Source of the DNA: Candidatus Iainarchaeum sp.
Lineage (GTDB): Archaea; Iainarchaeota; Iainarchaeia; Iainarchaeales; DTGL01
NCBI GenBank assembly: GCA_026413945.1
Contig: JAOAJX010000006.1
Coordinates: 13,577 to 77,576, forward strand
DNA length: 64,000 nucleotides
Direction: 5' to 3'
Shown: positions 1 through 9,600 of the stretch, in pieces
How the letters are laid out: the number at the start of each line of letters is the position of its first letter
Numbering within the stretch: position 1 is the stretch's first letter
The notes under the pieces: model-generated
What the model saw: only the letters and a program-made list of their open reading frames with translations
Told to the model about the DNA's origin: nothing
The model's database searches: none
Position numbers and translations under genes: made by a program

Positions 1-2
1 TG

Positions 3-22
3 GCCCCGGAAGGGGCTTTTAT
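3..22 (+). terminator. GC hairpin (gcccc-ggaa-ggggc) followed by a T-run. Terminator-like element for a + strand gene ending upstream of the window.
   Basis: Seen directly: a 5-bp perfect stem at 3-7/12-16 with a 4-nt loop, then tttt at 17-20 and more T-rich sequence to about 45. Confidence 0.35.
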
Positions 23-97
23 TACTTTTTTCTTTTTAATTTTTTTCTTGCAACTGTGCGATAGCTTTATTTAACTTTGGCAGTTTTTAGTGATATT

Positions 98-1447
98 ATG
101 GTTAAAGCAGTTTTAAGACCTTTTATTGCTTTTTTGCCATTATTTTTGCTTTTAATATTGATCTTAAACAATGTTGCCGCACAGGAAGGCGAGCTTCCTC
201 TTATTCCGCATTCATTTTATGGAACAGTGAAAATAAATGACCAAAACGCCCCTGCTGGCACTAAAATATATGTTTTTATAAATGGCGTATTGCGCGGTTC
301 AATTGAAACAACTGAAAGCGGCTTTTATGGCAGATTTCCAAAGCTTGCAATAGACGGCACCTCTGCTGACAGGAACAAGCTCATTGTATTTTGCATTGGC
401 GCTTTAAAAGCAAACCAAACTTCACGCTGGCAGTCAGCAAAGGTGGAGCGCCTTAATCTCACAACCTCCGCTGAGAATTGCCCTTATAACCTAGAAGCAA
501 CGCCACAGCCGAGTCCGACACCAACACCTACTTCAACAAGAACCCCAGCGCCAACAAGGACGCCTAATGATGATGGTGCTGGTGGCGGAGGCGGTAGCTC
601 TGGAGGCAGCAGCGCTAGTGCAAGCCCAACTCAAACACAATCAGCCAAAACGCCGCAGGTTGCAGAAAAAATATTGTTGGAGGAAACAATTCATTGCAAA
701 AAGCGCGATGACCTTGAAGGCTTTCTTGTTTTTGTAAAGAAGGAGCAAAGGAAAAAGAGCGCAATGGCACTCGATGGGCTTTTAAGGATTGAGAGGAAGA
801 TTGTGCTGAAGGAAATGAGCCAAGGAAACAAGAAATGGCTTAGGGCTGAAGTAATGCTTATAATTGAGAATGTGTCCGGCAGAAGAATTGAGAACTTGTT
901 CCTAATTGAGGAAATCCCAAAGGAAATAGCAGAAAGCGCCGACTCGGTAAAAAGCAAAAGGAATTTTGCTGTTCTCATAAAAGACCCTGTGATTGAGTTT
1001 TATCTTGGAAGCATTGAAAATGCAGCCGTAATTTCTGTGCAGTATTATTCTGATATTGATTACAGCACAGATATTAATGAATTAAAGGCAGTTCTTACTG
1101 CAACGAAAGGGCCTGTTGCTTATGAAGTAAAAGAAAGCAAGGACTGCAATGATAATAATCCATGCACGATTGACGAATTTAAAGAAGAGATTGGCTCTTG
1201 CCAATACACTGTGCTTCCTGACGGGACAAAATGTGGAACTGGAAAAGAATGCAAGGCCGGCAAATGCACAGAAGTTAAAGAAACTAAGGCGCCTGTTGAA
1301 ACGGAAATGCCTCTAGAAACGACTGCGGCTAAAGAAAAAGTCGTCCTGCAGGATTATTTATGGGTTATTTTTGCAGTTTTGGCAGCATTTTTTGTGGTAG
1401 GGATATCTATATTAATAAGAAGGTACAATATAGTTAAAGAAAAATAA
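98..1447 (+). CDS. Secreted/surface protein with an N-terminal signal peptide, a Pro/Thr-rich and poly-Gly linker, a Cys-containing C-terminal domain and a C-terminal TM anchor.
   Basis: The six-frame ORF is 77-1447 and begins at TTG. An in-frame ATG at 98 gives MVKAVLRPFIAFLPLFLLLILILNNVAAQ, a typical signal peptide. The linker TPQPSPTPTPTSTRTPAPTRTP+GAGGGGGSSGG lies at about 494-660. The C-terminal hydrophobic stretch is WVIFAVLAAFFVVGISILI followed by RRYNIVKEK. It is a paralogue of the next ORF (shared NGQNAP.GT motif). Confidence 0.6.
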   Translation: MVKAVLRPFIAFLPLFLLLILILNNVAAQEGELPLIPHSFYGTVKINDQNAPAGTKIYVFINGVLRGSIETTESGFYGRFPKLAIDGTSADRNKLIVFCIGALKANQTSRWQSAKVERLNLTTSAENCPYNLEATPQPSPTPTPTSTRTPAPTRTPNDDGAGGGGGSSGGSSASASPTQTQSAKTPQVAEKILLEETIHCKKRDDLEGFLVFVKKEQRKKSAMALDGLLRIERKIVLKEMSQGNKKWLRAEVMLIIENVSGRRIENLFLIEEIPKEIAESADSVKSKRNFAVLIKDPVIEFYLGSIENAAVISVQYYSDIDYSTDINELKAVLTATKGPVAYEVKESKDCNDNNPCTIDEFKEEIGSCQYTVLPDGTKCGTGKECKAGKCTEVKETKAPVETEMPLETTAAKEKVVLQDYLWVIFAVLAAFFVVGISILIRRYNIVKEK

Positions 1448-1493
1448 TGGGAAATAGGTGGGAATAAAGATAAATGATTAGTAGGTGTTAATT

Positions 1494-3308
1494 ATGCGAT
1501 CAAGTTTACTTTTAATGCTTATTATTGTTTGTTCCTGTGTTTACGCCCAAACATGGTTTACTGGAAGCCTAAAGGTTAATGGCCAAAATGCGCCTGTTGG
1601 CACTACTCTTCAAGGCATAGTTGAAGGAATCATAGATGGAAGCGCCACTGTTTCGACTGCTGGAAAATACACCCTAATGGTGACAAATGACATGTGGGCA
1701 AACTATATCACATTTAGGATAAAAACACCGCAGATGCTTAGCTATGCTGAGAAGACAATTCTTTTTGATCCAGAAGTTGATTTGCCTGAAGGCCTTGGCA
1801 CAGAAGATGAGCCGTATGTTCTTGATTTAGATTTTGAGGTAGAGTTGCCAACGCCAACTCCTACAGCTACGCCAAGCCCAACCCCAACGGTAAGCCCCTC
1901 GCCAACACCAAAGCCAACAAGGACGCCAAAGCCAACTGCAACAAGAACACCAGGCGGTGGCCCTGGTGGTGGCGGAAGAGGTGGCGGAGGTGGAGCACCA
2001 CCAACACTGACTCCCAGCCCTTTAAAGACAATCACACCTTTGGAAACACCGCCAAGACCGCCAAGAGATGAAAACAGAAATGTTATTTTCGAATCAACCT
2101 ATGAATACAAGCCAACTGCTGAGGAAGTTGCAAGCATGCTTGCCAAGGCTGGCTATAGTCAAGAGTTTATAAACAGGGCTCTGAAACAGCTTAACTATAT
2201 AAAGATTAAAAAGACGTTGAGAATTGAAAAGATAACAAATGTAAATGGCAAGGTGAGTTATGAGAGCGTATATGTGATAAAGGTCACAAACATTTCAGAT
2301 GACATTCTCTTTGGGGAAGTTATAATTTCGGAATACATACCAAAAAACATAGCAAAAAAAGCCTCTGATATAAAGTCGGACATGAAATTTGAGATAGTAC
2401 AGGAAGACCCCGTAATTCAGTGGCTCGTTAAGGAGCTTGGGCCTTGGGAGTCGGTAACGATTGAATATAAGGTAATTGGCCAACTTGCACCTGAGAACCT
2501 CGCTGAAACAAAGACATTTTTCCAAGCAACCAATGAAAGCAAGGTTGTTGGCTTGGCAAAGCTTATAGTTAATGTAAAAGATCCCGAAGGAAGGCTGATT
2601 GAAGGCAAATTCAATGTTTCTGTTTATGATAAAGCTGGCAATAAGGTAAAAGAAGGAACAACTGAAAAAGGCAGGATTGTATTTTCCCTTAGTGCTGGAA
2701 CATACAAAATAGAAGTAGCTGAAAGCCAAAGCTATGTAAAAGGCACAGCTGAAGTAAAGCTTAAGGCTGGTGAAACAAAAAGTGTTGATGTAAAAGTTGC
2801 TTTGAAAACCACTCCAAGGCCAACTGGAACAGTAGCACCTACACCTAAGCCATACAGCCCCGAGCTTTTGCTCCTTATAATAATAATCTGCCTTGTTGTA
2901 TTCTTGTTATACTACTTTATAACAAAGAGACATGAAAAGCCAAGGGCAAAGGAAAGACTAAGAGAGGAAAAAGAATCTGAGGAAAGAGGGGCAGCACCTG
3001 CTGTTGTGACAGCAGAAAAGGAAAAACCTGAGGAAAAGAAAATTGAGCCCGAGAAAAGGGCGCGCATTAAGAGACCTAAAAGAAAGCCAAAAAGGCCAGA
3101 ACATAAGGAAAAAGTGAAAGAAGAGGGCAAGTTCAAAGAGCCAATTGAATACGCAAAGGAAGAAAAGCCGAAAGAAGAGCCAAAAGCGCCTGCAGAAACT
3201 AAGGAAGAGCCTAAGCAAACAGAGCAAAAGGAAGAGAAGAAAGAAGAACAACCGCAGGAACAAACTGACAAAAAGGAAGAGAGTGCAGAAGACAGCATAG
3301 TCGGCTAA
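1494..3308 (+). CDS. Paralogous surface protein with a signal peptide, PT/poly-Gly linker, Ig/prealbumin-like domain, single TM and a long K/E/P-rich cytoplasmic tail.
   Basis: The track ORF 1485-3308 starts at GTG. The ATG at 1494 is preceded by aggtg and gives MRSSLLLMLIIVCSCVYAQ. The linker PTPTPTATPSPTPTVSPSPTPKPTRTPKPTATRTPGGGPGGGGRGGGGG lies at about 1850-2010. The TM is LLLLIIIICLVVFLLYYFI at about 2860-2920, followed by a roughly 125-aa K/E-rich tail. Confidence 0.6.
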   Translation: MRSSLLLMLIIVCSCVYAQTWFTGSLKVNGQNAPVGTTLQGIVEGIIDGSATVSTAGKYTLMVTNDMWANYITFRIKTPQMLSYAEKTILFDPEVDLPEGLGTEDEPYVLDLDFEVELPTPTPTATPSPTPTVSPSPTPKPTRTPKPTATRTPGGGPGGGGRGGGGGAPPTLTPSPLKTITPLETPPRPPRDENRNVIFESTYEYKPTAEEVASMLAKAGYSQEFINRALKQLNYIKIKKTLRIEKITNVNGKVSYESVYVIKVTNISDDILFGEVIISEYIPKNIAKKASDIKSDMKFEIVQEDPVIQWLVKELGPWESVTIEYKVIGQLAPENLAETKTFFQATNESKVVGLAKLIVNVKDPEGRLIEGKFNVSVYDKAGNKVKEGTTEKGRIVFSLSAGTYKIEVAESQSYVKGTAEVKLKAGETKSVDVKVALKTTPRPTGTVAPTPKPYSPELLLLIIIICLVVFLLYYFITKRHEKPRAKERLREEKESEERGAAPAVVTAEKEKPEEKKIEPEKRARIKRPKRKPKRPEHKEKVKEEGKFKEPIEYAKEEKPKEEPKAPAETKEEPKQTEQKEEKKEEQPQEQTDKKEESAEDSIVG

Positions 3309-3373
3309 AGACTTCTAATTTACTTTTTTAAACCTTACCTTGCAGCATTAATTATAGCTGCTAAGGGGTTGGG

Positions 3374-5113
3374 ATGCATTTAGAAGCAGATTCTACTCTG
3401 TGTGAAGCGTGCAAAGAAAAAGCCTGTATGAACTTTTGCCCCAAATCTTTAAGTATTAACGCACTGAAATGCAAGCATTGCAAACCAGAGGAAGCGCGAT
3501 GCGCCTTGGTTTGTAGAAAAAATGCTTTTTACAAGGTTACTGAAAACATAGTTTCGATTGACAAAGAGCTTTGCGATGGCTGTGGCGCATGCATGAAAGC
3601 ATGCTCTTACAGAGCAATAACCATTGTTGAAGGAAAGGCAAGCAAATGTGACCTTTGTGCAGAGCATGGCTTTGAGATTGTTTGTGCAAGGGAATGCCCA
3701 AAAGGTGCAATAAAAATTGAAAAAAGTGATAGGGAGTGCTTGCTAACAGAAAAGCTTCTCGGTTGGAAGTGCTTTAGCATTGATAAAAAAATAAGGAAGG
3801 TTTATAGAAAAAGGCCAAAAATAGTAGAAGCTGAGGGTTACATTTGGTACATTTTGCCTTTGCCAGAGCTTTCATCTGAAGAAGCAAACCTTGTTAAGGA
3901 TGTTTTGGATGGCTTTCAGAACAATGGCTATGGCCAAAAAGACATTGAAAAAGCACTCACGCATTACTGCTTTGACAATGAAATATTGCTTGATGATAAC
4001 CAAAAAAGCTACTTAGTTAAACTGCTCAAAAGCCTTGCAAATGGCTTTGGTCCTATTGACGAGCTTCTTAGTGATGAAGAGCTTGAGGAAATAGCGCTTA
4101 CTGGAATTGGCATAGAAAAGCCGCTCAAGGTATTTCACCAGACCTTTGGTTGGTGCAACATAAACCTTTGCTTTACAGATGAAGAAACAGTACGCAACCT
4201 TGTGAATAAGATGCTGAGAAACAACGAGAGGCGCCTTACGCTTAATAGCCCTTGCGTCAATGGCATGTTACCTGACGGCTCAAGAATAAATGCTACGCTG
4301 CCGCCAGTTTCAGTTGGTGAGCCAACATTCACTATAAGAAAGTTTAATGTTAAGAGATTCACTCCTGAGGAGCTTGTGAGAAACAAAACATTTACCTTGG
4401 AGCTAATGGCTTTTTTGAATTGTGTAATGCAAACCGATTGCTCAATAATGGTTGCAGGAAACACTGGAAGTGGAAAAACAACAAGCTTAAATGCAATATT
4501 CAATTTTGTGCCAAAAGATGAAAGGGTTGTAATAATTGAGGAAACCCCTGAGCTCCAGATACCTCACAAGCATGCTGTAAAGCTTTCAGTTTGTAGGGAA
4601 AAAAATGTAGGGATGCACAAGCTTATAGAAAACTCTCTCCGAATGCGCCCAGACAGAATTGTGGTCAGCGAAATACGAAATAGTGCAGAGGCAAAAGCAT
4701 TCATTAATACGTTGCTAGCAGGCCAAGGAAAGGGCAGTTACACGACATTCCACGCAAACTCCGCAGAAGACACTGTGAAGCGCCTTGAATTTTTGGGAGT
4801 TAAAAGAGTTGATATTGGCTCAATAGACCTTGTGCTTGTGCAAAGGCGCTGGCCTGTTATGAAAAATGGTAGAAGCATAGAACAGCGCAGGATAGTGGAA
4901 GTATCAGAACTTGAAAACAACTCTGAGAATATAATATACAGCTATGATTACAAAAAAGGCATACTGAAAAAAAACTCTGAAAGCAAAAAAGTTTTTGAAA
5001 AGATTGAAAGGACTTTTGGCGAAAGCGCAAATGCAGTCGTAAGAAGATTCTCTAAGAGCATGAGAAAAAAAATCTTTTTTGGTGACAAAAGTGCCATTGC
5101 CCAGCTTCATTGA
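3374..5113 (+). CDS. Type II/IV secretion-family ATPase (archaeal FlaI/ArlI / TadA-like) with an N-terminal 4xCys-cluster, ferredoxin-like extension.
   Basis: Walker A is GNTGSGKTTSLNA and the Walker B/Asp box is RPDRIVVSEIR. The His box TFHANSAEDTVKRL is typical of the FlaI/VirB11 family. The N-terminal ~115 aa carry four Cys clusters: CEACKEKACMNFCP, CKHCKPEEARCALVC, CDGCGACMKAC and CDLCAEHGFEIVCARECP, consistent with 2x[4Fe-4S] binding motifs. Confidence 0.8.
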   Translation: MHLEADSTLCEACKEKACMNFCPKSLSINALKCKHCKPEEARCALVCRKNAFYKVTENIVSIDKELCDGCGACMKACSYRAITIVEGKASKCDLCAEHGFEIVCARECPKGAIKIEKSDRECLLTEKLLGWKCFSIDKKIRKVYRKRPKIVEAEGYIWYILPLPELSSEEANLVKDVLDGFQNNGYGQKDIEKALTHYCFDNEILLDDNQKSYLVKLLKSLANGFGPIDELLSDEELEEIALTGIGIEKPLKVFHQTFGWCNINLCFTDEETVRNLVNKMLRNNERRLTLNSPCVNGMLPDGSRINATLPPVSVGEPTFTIRKFNVKRFTPEELVRNKTFTLELMAFLNCVMQTDCSIMVAGNTGSGKTTSLNAIFNFVPKDERVVIIEETPELQIPHKHAVKLSVCREKNVGMHKLIENSLRMRPDRIVVSEIRNSAEAKAFINTLLAGQGKGSYTTFHANSAEDTVKRLEFLGVKRVDIGSIDLVLVQRRWPVMKNGRSIEQRRIVEVSELENNSENIIYSYDYKKGILKKNSESKKVFEKIERTFGESANAVVRRFSKSMRKKIFFGDKSAIAQLH

Positions 5114-5126
5114 AAGATATGTGTGT

Positions 5127-5678
5127 ATGAGAAAGGCAAAGTACCTTGAGGCATCACTTGCAATTTTTGTGCTTTCGCTGAGAACAAAGCTACTTGCTGG
5201 CCTAACGCTTGAAACAGCAATATTGAAGCTAAGGGATGAACTTTCAGGGGAACTGAAGGAAGAGCTATCAAAAATAATAGGTGAGGTAGATAAAGGTAAA
5301 GATATAAGCGATGCTTTTGCTCATGCAGCAACACAGACATGTTCTATTGAATTTAAAAAGGTTTTAAGCCATTTGAACCAGATTGCCCAGAATGGCTACT
5401 CGAGAAAAAACGATACGCTGAAGCTCTTGAGCAAGGAGCTTAGTTCAATGCAGCTTGCAAAGATACGCAATTACTCTTCAAAGCTAGCAATTATAAGCCT
5501 TATATTCATTGCGAGCACGGTTGTACTGCCAGCGCTTTGGCTTGCTTTTGTCGTGATGGGCTCGGCTTTTTTTGCGCTTGATATTGAGCCTTTGCATGTG
5601 CTTGTAGTAACAACAGTTGCATTCCCTATGATTGGCTCTGTTGTTCTGCTTTATATGAAGGAGGTTGCGCCAATATGA
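5127..5678 (+). CDS. Membrane platform protein, N-terminal half: one T2SS-F/FlaJ/TadB-like domain followed by TM helices.
   Basis: The track ORF starts at 5079 inside the preceding gene. The in-frame ATG at 5127, just after the ATPase stop at 5111-5113, is preferred. A soluble helical domain (LETAILKLRDELSGELKEELSKIIGEVDKGKDISDAF...) followed by the hydrophobic helices LAIISLIFIASTVVLPALWLAFVVMGSAFF is typical T2SSF architecture. It sits immediately downstream of a FlaI-like ATPase. Confidence 0.55.
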   Translation: MRKAKYLEASLAIFVLSLRTKLLAGLTLETAILKLRDELSGELKEELSKIIGEVDKGKDISDAFAHAATQTCSIEFKKVLSHLNQIAQNGYSRKNDTLKLLSKELSSMQLAKIRNYSSKLAIISLIFIASTVVLPALWLAFVVMGSAFFALDIEPLHVLVVTTVAFPMIGSVVLLYMKEVAPI

Positions 5679-6586
5679 TTCAAGCGCTAACCTTCTTTTT
5701 TCCAGAACACAAGATTAGGGGCTTTGGAACGCTCATCCACAATGAGTTAAACATAAGCATTGAAAAAGCAGATAGCATAGCAAAAATTTTTGCAGCAATA
5801 GCTTCAGTGATTTCGGCATTCTTTGTTTTTATTTCAGCAGGGGATACAGCAATAATAATTGCTACTTTCATTTTGTCCTTCTTGGGCTTTTACTTTTTTG
5901 CTATGGCTTTTATCGGCTTTTTCGCTGAAAAAAAATTGATTGAAAAGGAGAACAGCTGTGCTGAAGCACTAATGCATGCAAGCCTACTTCCTGAAGGCAC
6001 ACCAGTTGAGAAAATCATAAGCTATTTAGGCAATGGAAATTATGCCATTGCCAAAGAGTTTCAAAAGGCAGAGGATGAAATAAACAAAGGGGCAAGCCCA
6101 AACAAAGCACTCTCTAGAATATACAAAAGATGCAAAAAAGCAAATATAGCCCACATAGTACAGCTGCTAAAATTAGCAGATGTTTCTGGCAGCATAGGTC
6201 CAGAAACCTTTAGAGAATCAGCTACCGGAATGCTTGAAGAAAAAGCACTTATGCGTGAAAGGGCAGCAATGCTTACAATACAAAAAGTTACAGTGATCTT
6301 AAGCAGCATGCTTCTTGTGCCTTTTATACTTGGCATCCTTTGCAGCATAACAAGCAGCTTTGACTTAAGCTACCTTGAGATTCTTGGCATGGATAAGCCA
6401 AACCAAAGAAAGCTTGTAGCTGCTTCAGCAATGGCAAGCATCACGTATGTACTTGAATTAGCATTGATTTCAGCGGTTTTTTTGGGCATGCAAGATGGAA
6501 ACCTTAAAAAATCTGTTTTTTATCTTGCCTTTATAGCGCCTATTGCGCTCCTAATTTTTCTAAATGCCTCTGCCTTAATGGCATGA
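5675..6586 (+). CDS. Membrane platform protein, C-terminal half: a second T2SS-F/FlaJ/TadC-like domain flanked by TM helices.
   Basis: There is a 4-nt ATGA overlap with the previous ORF. It has N-terminal TM helices, then a soluble helical domain (AEALMHASLLPEGTPVEKIISYLGNGNYAIAKEFQKAEDEINKGASPNKALSRIY...), then 3 or more TM helices. Confidence 0.55.
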   Translation: MIQALTFFFPEHKIRGFGTLIHNELNISIEKADSIAKIFAAIASVISAFFVFISAGDTAIIIATFILSFLGFYFFAMAFIGFFAEKKLIEKENSCAEALMHASLLPEGTPVEKIISYLGNGNYAIAKEFQKAEDEINKGASPNKALSRIYKRCKKANIAHIVQLLKLADVSGSIGPETFRESATGMLEEKALMRERAAMLTIQKVTVILSSMLLVPFILGILCSITSSFDLSYLEILGMDKPNQRKLVAASAMASITYVLELALISAVFLGMQDGNLKKSVFYLAFIAPIALLIFLNASALMA

Positions 6587-6658
6587 TTAAAAAATAAGGA
6601 AAATAATGGCATTTAAGGAAGCATTTTTAATATACTATAAATATTAAAAATAACAAAG

Positions 6659-9600
6659 ATGTTATTAGAAATGATGTTTGATTATTTTCGTTTACCGAAG
6701 CAGTTAGCAAAAGATATTTCCTTGGTTTTCTTAGTGTGGATTTTGATAAATTATCAGTTTGTTTTGCCGGTGTACGCCGCAGATGAGTCATCTGATGAAA
6801 AAAAAGCAGCACCAATAAGAGATAAGTTTACATGTGAAATGGGGCAGCTTAGCAAAGAGGATTCTTTCAAGATTTTAAAGCTACTTGCAGAAGGCCTTAC
6901 CGGCTCAAAGATAGCAAGTTCCACGAAACAGGATACTAACAAAGACCGTGAGAAGCTCGAGAATCCAACCATAATAATACCAATAGATGCTAATAAAGGT
7001 GAAGCGGCAAAGGTGCCTGTTGCTGATGAAAAGTTTAACATTTCTGAAGCAATACATCTCACAAATGACTGGATTTCAGGCCCTTATGCCTTTGGTCTTG
7101 TTCTTACAGATACGTTGCGTGTTGGTAGATGCAACAACCTTGAAGATAAAAACATACCTTGCCCGGTGGTTGATAAGCAGCTAACTCTAAGAAATTCTGG
7201 TGAGGGCATAGTTAGCGACTTTAAACCTCTTACTGACATTCTAGCCATTAAGGGCAAAAAGCCAGAAGATTTTACAGAAGAGGAATACAAGGAAATAAGG
7301 GAAAAACTTGGCCTGCCGGAAGATGCTCAAGATGAATTAGAGATGCGGATTGCTGCAAGCGATTTTAATGAAATAAATATTCAGGCTTATAAAAGAGCTC
7401 AAGGCAAGATGATACCTAACTCAATATTAACTTATACTTTCAATGCGTATGGGCAAACAACCTGTAATAGCTCAGACTGTACAATAACAATATACTCGCT
7501 TTTTGACAAGTACTATAACAATTGGTTTTCCATGGAGATGACATTTTCCACTTTCGGGCCGACTCTTGTTGGCCAAGCAAGAAAGCTATTTCAACACCTC
7601 GGTGTAAGCAAAACATTTCTTTTTAGGCTATCAGAAACAGAACTTGCAGACAGATTAAGGCGGAGCCTTTACAATTCGGATGCACTTTTTGGGAGGCGTC
7701 TTAGGGCAAGAATGAAGATGCGCGCCCAACAATACCCTGAAGTAGCAAAATTTACAAAAGAACTCACAGAAGGAAAAGGTTGGACTTCGGGTTATGAGCT
7801 TCTTACAAACCCATCAATACCGCGAACAGTCTCAAGTGACTGGCTCGGCGCAGGCGGATGGATGAGCAAAATAGATGATCCTATTGTGAAGCGAGAGCTT
7901 TATAGGCAGGCAAAAGATATTGAAAAATTCACCAAAACACAAAGGGCTTTTTTAAGGGAGGCCAAGGAAAACTATCTCAAGGCTGCAAAGAGTGGCTTAG
8001 GCTCACCACAAGAAATGGCAGCCAGGGTTGAATATGGAAAGACGATAAGTGAAGCAATGCTTGATTACACAGATACACTAAGTTTAGATGTACCGGGTTG
8101 GTTTTCAAAATATTCGCCAGTAGGCTTATATACACAGAACATAAAAGGGGTAGGTGATGTATCACCTGCTTGGATTGCTGGTGATTCTGCGTATATGTAT
8201 GATATGCTAAAAAAATATTCAATAGATGGTCACTTTGGTGGTGGTTGGCCCGGTAACGCATATCATACTGAAGGAAAAAACTTAGTGCTTTATAGGTTAG
8301 TTCCTGAAGAGGCTAAAATAAAAGATATAACATTCGACGAGTTACAAAAAGGTTGGTTTAAGTATGAAGGCTTCTTTGTCCAGACAGACTCTGGCGTATT
8401 GCTACCGGTAAATGAAACAAGCCTAAACACACTTAAAACCCAGATGACAGGAGCTAAGCCGCTATTCTCATTAAATGAGGTGAAAAAGAAACCAACTGGT
8501 AGGTTAACCCCAGAAGACTTCGCAACTAAACTTATGGAAACAAAAAATACTTTACAGTTAGAAATCTTTGCTCCGGAAAGTGCAGAAAAAATAACACAGA
8601 TCCTACAAGCAAGGGGTTTCGAGCTAAGGCGTTATTCTAGCTTACTTGATAGGGCAATCGCTTATCAAGATAACTTTATACATAATTATATGAGGCCAGC
8701 TGGTGGACTTAAATGGACTGCCCTCTTTAACATGTATTGGGTTGGGAAGCGCGGCCTTAATCAGAAGTTTGCCTCAGCATATATGCTGCCAGATACATGG
8801 CGTGAGGTGCGTTGGCCTCTTGGCCAAGGTGAAATTTATGATGATGCCTTTATTGACTTTTTCTCACACGAAGGATCTGATCAAGGAGATATGTTCAGGC
8901 GCCTTATGAGTTTAATGCCTTGGGAGTGGCTAATGCTAAATACATTTGAGAAGTTCGAACCTGTAAAAAATATGTACGAACGCCTTACTGGGAGCAATGT
9001 AAGGACAAGTGTTGAAAATCTGGCTATATATGCAACAACGCCGCAGGATTGCACAAATTGTGGCATACTCATGCGCTCAGGCATGGATTATAGGTATTAT
9101 TTCACAAACTTTTATTCTGGCAGAAAAATTGATTCATACATTCTTGAGGACGCTGTTTCAGAGAATGTAAAAAACTGGGGTTCAACGCTTATAATGTTCT
9201 CTCGCCACACAGATCTTGAAGGCAAAGAAAAGAATGTGAGTGGAAGCTCGAGGATAAGCCTGGAAGAAGCGGTAAAGAAGAAGAAAACATGCGCAGATGC
9301 TGTCGAAGAGGCAACAATGGGCATTTCAAAGTATATTGGAATAGGCACATTATTTAAGCCACACACCATAGGTGGTGCCCTAGCTTTAACCGATTCTTTA
9401 GGCTATGCGCTCTTTGGATTTGGTGCCGTTTTCGGAACTTTGGCACAGCAGCTTGTAATAGCTCCAAAACTTCAGGATTGCGTTGATGTTGATGGCGGCT
9501 ATTATACGCACATATTTGTGCCCGCTAAAAAAGAGGATAAAGGCAAGGCAGCAAGCCAGCTTTCTGCTGAAACCGCAATGAATAGCATCAGGTCATTTGT

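Noticed and set aside
1742-2035. A 97-aa poly-Pro/Gly minus-strand ORF.
   Set aside because: It is the reverse complement of the PT/poly-Gly linker coding repeats of the + strand gene and is not an independent gene.
5079-5126. Upstream start for the platform half-gene that overlaps the ATPase 3' end by 35 nt.
   Set aside because: An in-frame ATG at 5127 lies immediately after the ATPase stop codon, so the overlap is unnecessary.
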